Shown piece by piece: positions 57,458 to 64,000 of a stretch of DNA of 64,000 nucleotides (position 1 is the stretch's first letter; each line of letters opens with the position of its first letter). Origin of the DNA: a virus; the IMG/VR virus record IMGVR_UViG_3300005096_000137, positions 32,001-96,000 of that record. One strand, 5' to 3'. Both the position numbers and the translations under genes were made by a program. The notes under the pieces are model-generated. The model had not been told where the DNA came from and ran no database searches. It saw nothing but the letters and a program-made list of their open reading frames with translations.

Positions 57458-58679
57458 CGACCTCTTCCAGGGTGGTCTTCTGCTCATGGTGGGTGGTGCC
57501 ATTTTGGCGTTGGTTCGCTCATGGCCTTTCAGGTTCTGGGGATTCATTAAATACCATTCCATGGTCGTCATTGATATCCCAGACAGGGACAGGTCCTTCA
57601 AGTGGGTTGACAGATGGCTGTCAAATCATAGTTATGCACTAAAGCATGCACGGGTGCTGACAGTGGACACTAAGGGATCACATCGTCCTCGACTATTGTC
57701 AAGGACACATATTATGTTCACGCCCGCACCAGGCACTCACTGGCTGTTTTACAAGTACCGATTGATCATACTTAGCCGCTCACGGAAGATTCAAGAGAAT
57801 GGCGACAGTGACGACGCCTATCGGGAAGCGTTTACCATCCGCGTCCTTGGACGTGACCGTGCTATCGTGCGGGAGTTGTTAGAAGAGGCTCGGGATACTT
57901 TCAAGCCTGAGAGTCAAAACAACATGGTCGTGTACACTCGTGGCCTAGGGTACTGGGATGATTATTATGTACCTACCAGGTCCATGGAGTCTGTGATACT
58001 TCCTGAAGGGCAGTCTGAAATGCTCATCCAGGATATGACAAGCTTCCTAAGTTCGGAGGTATGGTACCGGGAAAAAGGAGTCCCATACCATCGGGGGTAC
58101 CTATTCCATGGACCTCCTGGGTCAGGTAAGACTTCGTTTCTGTTAGCCCTGGCAACCCATCTGGAGAGGGACATAGCCCTCGTAAATCTCAAGTCTACGG
58201 ACCTAGCTGACGGCGGTCTGGCGACTGCCCTTACGGAGGTCCCACGTAATACCATTCTCCTAATCGAGGACGTGGATTGTGTGGTACCTACACGGGAAGG
58301 TCGATCCACAGAGGGGATAAGCTTTGCGGGGTTACTGAACGCCCTGGATGGTTTGACAACTCCTCACGGGCAAATTGTCTTTATGACGACCAACCATCGA
58401 GAGAAACTTGATCCCGCACTAATCCGGCCAGGGCGATGTGACACTGAGGTTCTTTTTACACATGCTACCAACTTTCAAAAGGAGATGATGTTTACTCGGT
58501 TCTTTCCTGATTCACCTTTGGCCTCGAAGTTTGCGCAAGTTGCTGATGGCAATATCAGCATGGCGGAGATTCAGAAATACATGATGCTTTATACCGATAG
58601 CCCCCAAGCTGCCCTTGAGAATACAAACCAACTACGGAGAGTGCAAGATGAGACGGAAGCGAAAACGCCAGAAGAATAA
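57411..58679 (+). CDS. BCS1-like membrane-anchored AAA ATPase
   Basis: N-terminal TM; FTPAPGTHW; SVIL; WY..KGVPYHRGYLFHGPPGSGKTS; LLIEDVD; GLLNALDG; MTTNH..LDPALIRPGR. Confidence 0.85.
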   Translation: MWDQCVEFVQNQLQNNDLFQGGLLLMVGGAILALVRSWPFRFWGFIKYHSMVVIDIPDRDRSFKWVDRWLSNHSYALKHARVLTVDTKGSHRPRLLSRTHIMFTPAPGTHWLFYKYRLIILSRSRKIQENGDSDDAYREAFTIRVLGRDRAIVRELLEEARDTFKPESQNNMVVYTRGLGYWDDYYVPTRSMESVILPEGQSEMLIQDMTSFLSSEVWYREKGVPYHRGYLFHGPPGSGKTSFLLALATHLERDIALVNLKSTDLADGGLATALTEVPRNTILLIEDVDCVVPTREGRSTEGISFAGLLNALDGLTTPHGQIVFMTTNHREKLDPALIRPGRCDTEVLFTHATNFQKEMMFTRFFPDSPLASKFAQVADGNISMAEIQKYMMLYTDSPQAALENTNQLRRVQDETEAKTPEE

Positions 58680-59454
58680 ACGTAAGACACGGGACTACAG
58701 TCAGGACGCCCCAGAATCCCTATCACACGAGGATGAAATGAGTCGGAGACGTCAGAAACGATTACGAGGTGAGAAGCCTAAATTCAGTGGATACAAACCT
58801 GCTAAAGTCGAACCCCGCTCGGAACACCAAGCTCAGTACGTCAATTCCATCAATGCCAATGATCTCGTGCTCTGCCATGGTCCGGCCGGCACAGGTAAGA
58901 CTCATCTGGCTGCTGGTATGGCTGTCAAGATGATGCGTGCAGGTGGCATTGAGAAGATAGTTCTGTGCCGCCCCGTCGTGGGTGTTGGTAAGGACATTGG
59001 CTTCCTGCCTGGTACAAAAGAAGACAAGGTAGGACCCTACCTCACCCCTTTGTTTGATGAAATGTCCTACTACTGTGAAAACAGCCTGGTCAAAGAGTGG
59101 ATGGACCAGGGCAAGCTGGAGATCGTCCCACTGTCCATGATGCGAGGGCGGACGTTCAATGACTGCTTTGTCATTTTGGATGAAGCACAAAACGCATCCA
59201 TGATGGAGCTACGTATGCTAATGACCCGTCTAGGTGTTGGGTCAACGATGGTCATTTCTGGCGATCTGACCCAGTCGGACCTCCCCGAGCATCAGCGTGG
59301 CGCTTTCAACACAGTTGTGGATCGTCTGAATCACGTCGAGTCTATTGGCGTCGTTCAACTTACAAACGAAGACATTGTTCGACACCAATTGATTGGTGTC
59401 ATTGAATCATTACTAAATACGTCGCCGGTTGGAGATTTTGTGGGATGCAGTTAG
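58648..59454 (+). CDS. phoH: PhoH family ATPase
   Basis: GPAGTGKT, GFLPG, MRGRTF, LDEAQN, GDLTQSD, DIVRH. Confidence 0.92.
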   Translation: MRRKRKRQKNKRKTRDYSQDAPESLSHEDEMSRRRQKRLRGEKPKFSGYKPAKVEPRSEHQAQYVNSINANDLVLCHGPAGTGKTHLAAGMAVKMMRAGGIEKIVLCRPVVGVGKDIGFLPGTKEDKVGPYLTPLFDEMSYYCENSLVKEWMDQGKLEIVPLSMMRGRTFNDCFVILDEAQNASMMELRMLMTRLGVGSTMVISGDLTQSDLPEHQRGAFNTVVDRLNHVESIGVVQLTNEDIVRHQLIGVIESLLNTSPVGDFVGCS

Positions 59455-62114
59455 AGACCATTCAGATGTCGGTGTTTGCGGACACCATCATGAAACAGAA
59501 ATACTCACATGAACTCACGGGCTCGATTGCCGAGAAGATGGAGGTACCTGACGGGACCAAAGAGGAATGGCCTAGTATTGCTTACCGTGTGACTAAGAAC
59601 GTGTTGAAACCCTTGGGGTACACAATGCGGGACAAGGTATCCCAGGATATTTGCAAGATGATCACTGAGAGGAAGTTCCTCCCCGCCGGGCGGTATCTGT
59701 ATGCCAGTGGACGTCCGTATAGTCAAGTTCAGAATTGCTACAGTGCGGAGACTGAGGTCATCACCAGTTTGGGGACCTTCACCATTCAGGAACTGTCCGA
59801 GACCAATGCAGGTAAGCATACCATCATGACCTCCCAGGGTAGGTGGGTGGAAGCTGATTTCAGGTGTTTTGGTGTACAAACTCTCATGGAGGTTGAATTA
59901 GGCTTCGGACGCGGGGGTAAGACACTGTATGCCACAGCAGAACATAGTTGGCGAGTAGCTGAGTCGTTTGGGATCGATCAGTCCCGAGGGGGTCGAAGAC
60001 GCTTTACACAGAAACATAAGGTTCTCACTCAAGACCTGACACCCGGGGATACACTCTGGCAGACCTTCGGGTATGGTATGAGTCGCACCCCTATCAACCC
60101 TGTGGGTATCCAACATGGTTTTGTCTGGGGTGACGGGAACATTAGTACTAAGGGGCATCAGTGTACTGTGCGACTGTGTGGGGACAAGCAAGAGTACATG
60201 GATGAGTACTTCGCATTGTTCCCTAACCATGTGATTGAGGATGACATTGAATTGTCACTCCTCCCAAGCCATTTCAAAAGCCTTGTGCCCCTCCAGTATG
60301 ATAGGTCCTACCTTCTCGGTTGGTTAGTCGGGTACTTCGCAGCAGATGGGTGTGTCGCCGACAACGGACGCATGACCCTCCTCAGTCATGATATATCCTC
60401 GGTGCAACACGTAAAGGACGTCTGTGCTATCCTGGGTATTGGGTGCAATCAAATACTGACTGGCACCAAGACATCCAATCTGGATGGTAAGGAATACACC
60501 CACTATTCGGTGTCATTTGACCGTTCCACTGTCACAAAAGACTTCTTCCTCAACCCTGAGCACCAAGACCGCTGGTTGGAAAACCCACCCCAGAAACAGA
60601 CCTTCTGGAAGGTAAAGTCGGTCAAGCGAACGGATAGGGTCGAACCTGTGTATTGCGCAATTGTGCCTGATACTCATGAGTTTGTCTTGGCAGACAATAT
60701 CCTAACGGGTAACTGCCTACTCTTGAGGTGCCATGACAGTCGAGAAGGTTGGTCAGAGCTACTCCACAATGCCAGCATGGCTCTGATGACCGGTGCTGGT
60801 ATCGGAGTGGACTATTCGGACCTCCGCAGTGAGGGTGCCACGATTCGGGGAACAGGCGGGAAAGCCACCGGACCTATTGCCTTGATGCAGATGCTCAATG
60901 AGTGTGGTCGTGGTATTATGCAGGGAGGCGCGCGTCGCAGTGCTATCTGGGCTGGTCTCCGCTGGGACCATCCGGACATTCACAAGTTTATTCGTATTAA
61001 GAATTGGTCGGATGACGTCAAAGCCATGAAGGCTAAGGACTTCAATTTCCCCGCTCCTCTGGATTGTACCAACATCAGTGTGCAACTCAACGACGAGTTC
61101 TTTGAAGCCTTCCACGACAACGAACATGTAAAGCACTCGCTCGCACAATCAGTGTACTGGGCAGTGATTGAACAAGCCCTGGAGACGGCTGAGCCTGGAT
61201 TCAGTGTGGACACTGGTAAGAACAGTGGTGAGACCCTGCGGAATGCTTGCACAGAAATCTCCTCCAAGGATGACTCCGACATCTGTAATTTAGGTTCAAT
61301 CAATTTAGCGAGAATCGACGATATCGAGGAATTCGAGAAGGTGGTTGATTTGGGTACCCTGTTCCTACTTGCAGGCACAGTTTACAGTGATGTACCCTAC
61401 GAGAAGGTCGATCGCGTGCGTACCAAGAACCGACGTTTAGGTCTTGGACTCATGGGCGTTCACGAGTGGCTTATCAAGCGAGGGAAGCCCTATGCTCCCG
61501 ATGAGGACCTTGAGAAGTGGCTGAAGAAGTATAAGAAGTCGGGGAAGATTGCGAACAAGTATGCGGATCAATTTGGACTCTCGCGTCCGAAGAAGACTCG
61601 GTCCATTGCTCCCACGGGTACCATCTCGATTATTGCTGAGACAACCGGTGGGCTGGAACCACTGTTTTGTATTGCGTATAAGCGACGATACCTAAAGCAC
61701 AACAATTGGTGCTACCAGTATGTCATTGACCCAACAGCAAAGCGACTCATTGATGCTGGTGCTGATCCCCATTCCATAGAGGACGCCTATACGTTGGCAG
61801 AAGACGTGGAAAGACGGGTCAAGTTCCAGCATTGGATTCAGCAGTTCGTCGACCATGGAATCAGCAGTACGGTCAACCTACCCGCATGGGGTACCAAATT
61901 GAACAACAAATCCAAGGTGCAGCCTTTTGGAACCATGCTAATGAAGTACCTCCCTGAGCTACGAGGGATCACCTGCTACCCAGATGGGTGCCGTTCTGGA
62001 CAACCCTTCACGCCATGTGACTATGAAGAAGCCTTGCGTCACGAGGGTGCTGAATTGGTTGAAGAAGCCGTCCAAGCCTGTAGTTTGGCAAAAGGCGGAG
62101 ATTGTGGAGATTAG
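59445..62114 (+). CDS. nrdJ: class II (B12-dependent) ribonucleotide reductase with intein
   Basis: FLPAGR, GAGIGVDYS, GGARRSA, NACTE, CNLGS, RRLGLG, IAPTGTIS, ISSTVNLP; no beta subunit in window. Confidence 0.85.
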   Translation: MQLETIQMSVFADTIMKQKYSHELTGSIAEKMEVPDGTKEEWPSIAYRVTKNVLKPLGYTMRDKVSQDICKMITERKFLPAGRYLYASGRPYSQVQNCYSAETEVITSLGTFTIQELSETNAGKHTIMTSQGRWVEADFRCFGVQTLMEVELGFGRGGKTLYATAEHSWRVAESFGIDQSRGGRRRFTQKHKVLTQDLTPGDTLWQTFGYGMSRTPINPVGIQHGFVWGDGNISTKGHQCTVRLCGDKQEYMDEYFALFPNHVIEDDIELSLLPSHFKSLVPLQYDRSYLLGWLVGYFAADGCVADNGRMTLLSHDISSVQHVKDVCAILGIGCNQILTGTKTSNLDGKEYTHYSVSFDRSTVTKDFFLNPEHQDRWLENPPQKQTFWKVKSVKRTDRVEPVYCAIVPDTHEFVLADNILTGNCLLLRCHDSREGWSELLHNASMALMTGAGIGVDYSDLRSEGATIRGTGGKATGPIALMQMLNECGRGIMQGGARRSAIWAGLRWDHPDIHKFIRIKNWSDDVKAMKAKDFNFPAPLDCTNISVQLNDEFFEAFHDNEHVKHSLAQSVYWAVIEQALETAEPGFSVDTGKNSGETLRNACTEISSKDDSDICNLGSINLARIDDIEEFEKVVDLGTLFLLAGTVYSDVPYEKVDRVRTKNRRLGLGLMGVHEWLIKRGKPYAPDEDLEKWLKKYKKSGKIANKYADQFGLSRPKKTRSIAPTGTISIIAETTGGLEPLFCIAYKRRYLKHNNWCYQYVIDPTAKRLIDAGADPHSIEDAYTLAEDVERRVKFQHWIQQFVDHGISSTVNLPAWGTKLNNKSKVQPFGTMLMKYLPELRGITCYPDGCRSGQPFTPCDYEEALRHEGAELVEEAVQACSLAKGGDCGD
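59736..60713 (+). mobile_element. intein with LAGLIDADG homing endonuclease (326 aa)
   Basis: N|CYSAETEV start, ATAEH block B, GFVWGDG and GYFAADG, VYC...HEFVLADNILTGN|C end. Confidence 0.9.
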
Positions 62115-62180
62115 GGGTTGACCTTACTCTTTGGACCAACTAGGATAGAGGAATAGAAACAAACTCTCTGGAGACATACA

Positions 62181-62747
62181 ATGCTGATTGCTGATTACGT
62201 TGCACAAGCCCGTTCGGTTGCCCACTACCATGACAAGGCTCCGAATGCCAATTTCATCTACCCCGCCCTGGGGCTCTGCGGTGAGATTGGGGAGGCTCTT
62301 GATAAGGTACAACACGTAGATGACGCGGAGGCCATCACTGGAGAATTAGGTGATGTCCTGTGGTACGTGGTAAACACCGCCTTGGATTTGGACATCACCA
62401 TCCCTTCCGTCATTGATAGTATCATTCTTGGTGGTACAGAGTGTCAGACCTTTGACCAACTTCAAGGTCGTTTCCTTGCCCTGGATGCCTCCTGCTTTCT
62501 AGCCTTCGTGGTGTATGCCGGACGTATTGCAGAAATTGCAAAGAAATCCATCCGTGATACCAACGGGTCTGTTTCTGACGAGAAAGTACAGATCATTCGC
62601 GAGAACTTAGGCTACATCCTCCTGGGCATCACACGCTTTGCCGATATGTATAGCGTACCCCTCCAGGCTGTAGCACAAGCTAACATTAACAAACTGTTTT
62701 CCCGCCGCGACCGAGGGGTTCTCTCGGGTGACGGCGACAATCGCTAA
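62181..62747 (+). CDS. MazG-like nucleotide pyrophosphohydrolase
   Basis: YPALGLCGEIGE, ELGDVLWY, NINKLFSRRDRGVLSGDGDNR; internal degenerate duplication. Confidence 0.85.
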   Translation: MLIADYVAQARSVAHYHDKAPNANFIYPALGLCGEIGEALDKVQHVDDAEAITGELGDVLWYVVNTALDLDITIPSVIDSIILGGTECQTFDQLQGRFLALDASCFLAFVVYAGRIAEIAKKSIRDTNGSVSDEKVQIIRENLGYILLGITRFADMYSVPLQAVAQANINKLFSRRDRGVLSGDGDNR

Positions 62748-62761
62748 TACGGAGAAACACT

Positions 62762-63112
62762 GTGGCTGACTTTACGAGCTTTACAATCGAGAAAGAAGTG
62801 GACCTGGGATACTACCCAGCCCGTCTCTTTGACCGGAATCGGACGATTACGATACCTGTCGAAGGTACCCCCAATTCGGACGTCATCTTTACCCCGACCG
62901 TGAATACTAACCCACCCGAGGACACTAACCCATCCGAGAGTCTGGAAACGGCCATCGTGAATACGTTGGATTTTCCAAATGAAGAAGAGTTTGACGCCCT
63001 GTTCAAACGCAATGATTCACTTCGGGAACAAGGCCTCCAGACCTTGGAGGATGTTCCTGATATCACCCGAAGGGTGAAACTCCGGATCACCGTTGAAGTT
63101 CTCGACGACTAA
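62762..63112 (+). CDS. hypothetical protein
   Basis: 116-aa ORF with GGAG RBS. Confidence 0.55.
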   Translation: MADFTSFTIEKEVDLGYYPARLFDRNRTITIPVEGTPNSDVIFTPTVNTNPPEDTNPSESLETAIVNTLDFPNEEEFDALFKRNDSLREQGLQTLEDVPDITRRVKLRITVEVLDD

Positions 63113-63237
63113 CTTTATGCACGTTGCTTGCCATGTCCCTCTTTGGGCCCGCAGCGACGATGCACAACCCCGACCGTGACGCCACCCCCCCCTATGGCTC
63201 ATAGTCGGGGTCTTTTCATTTACCTTTGGAGATTGAT

Positions 63238-64000
63238 ATGCAAAACTACTTGGATTTGATGCAGACTATCCTGGACCATGGGAACCGGAAGGGCGATCGT
63301 ACTGGGACCGGGACTCTGAGTCTCTTTGGTCCTCAGCTTCGATTCGACCTAGCTGCTGGGTTCCCCTTGCTGACCACCAAGAAGCTCCACCTCCGTTCCA
63401 TAATCTATGAACTGCTGTGGTTCATGCGTGGGCGTAACGACCTCGCCTACCTCCATAAACACGGGGTGAAGATTTGGGACGAATGGGCGTTGGATGACGG
63501 AACCATCGGACCTGGGTATGGTGTCCAGTGGCGTAGCTTCAATGAAGACCCAACCTGTGACCAACTCCAAGATGTACTTGACACCCTCAAGGGGAACCCC
63601 AACTGTCGGCGAATGATTGTCTCGGCGTGGAACCCCCTCCAGACGGGTAAGATGGCATTACCACCTTGTCATTTACTGTTCCAGTTCTATGTCGCCAATA
63701 ACAAACTCTCGTGCAAGATGTACCAGAGAAGCTCCGATATGTTTCTAGGGGTGCCATTCAATATCGCCAGTTATGCCCTCCTCACTATGATGATGGCTAA
63801 GATGGCAGACCTAGAACTCGGGGATTTCATCTGGACATCTGGCGATTCACACATTTACTCGAACTGTATTGAACAGACCAAGACACAAGTCATGCGGGAC
63901 TGCCGGAGGCTGCCGACCATGACCCTCAAAAATCGAGGTCAGGGGTTAAGTGACTGGGAGTACGACGATTTCAAATTGACCGGTTATGACCCCCACCCTC
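63238..64000 (+). CDS. thyA: thymidylate synthase ThyA (3' end just outside window; absent from ORF track)
   Basis: MQNYLDL...[56 protein letters not shown]. Confidence 0.95.
   Translation, partial: MQNYLDLMQTILDHGNRKGDRTGTGTLSLFGPQLRFDLAAGFPLLTTKKLHLRSIIYELLWFMRGRNDLAYLHKHGVKIWDEWALDDGTIGPGYGVQWRSFNEDPTCDQLQDVLDTLKGNPNCRRMIVSAWNPLQTGKMALPPCHLLFQFYVANNKLSCKMYQRSSDMFLGVPFNIASYALLTMMMAKMADLELGDFIWTSGDSHIYSNCIEQTKTQVMRDCRRLPTMTLKNRGQGLSDWEYDDFKLTGYDPHP

Overview
This 64-kb window comes from a large dsDNA bacteriophage (or prophage) using the standard genetic code. It is almost entirely + strand after a short divergent minus-strand block (exonuclease, dNTP diphosphohydrolase-like protein, primase-helicase). 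It contains: (i) replication and nucleotide genes (family A DNA polymerase with zinc-finger inserts, SF2 helicase, ligase, intein-containing class II RNR, dCMP deaminase, MazG, ThyA, Dam, PhoH, two ParB-like proteins); (ii) a long accessory region with tandem arrays of paralogous microproteins and repeat proteins; (iii) about 25 tRNA and tRNA-like genes, many with rebuilt arms, plus several large structured intergenic RNA candidates. Two systems stand out. The first is a Ro60 (TROVE) locus at about 41.4-45.7 kb. It has three minimal Y-RNA-like genes, two tRNA bodies whose anticodon loop is replaced by a circularly permuted Ro-binding Y-RNA helix, and a MESH1-like HD hydrolase. The second is a thioredoxin gene, split by the ORF caller, with an in-frame TGA at the first catalytic Cys (UGPC) followed by a SECIS-like hairpin, i.e. 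a candidate phage selenoprotein. All calls come from motif recognition and manual base-pairing. No searches were run.
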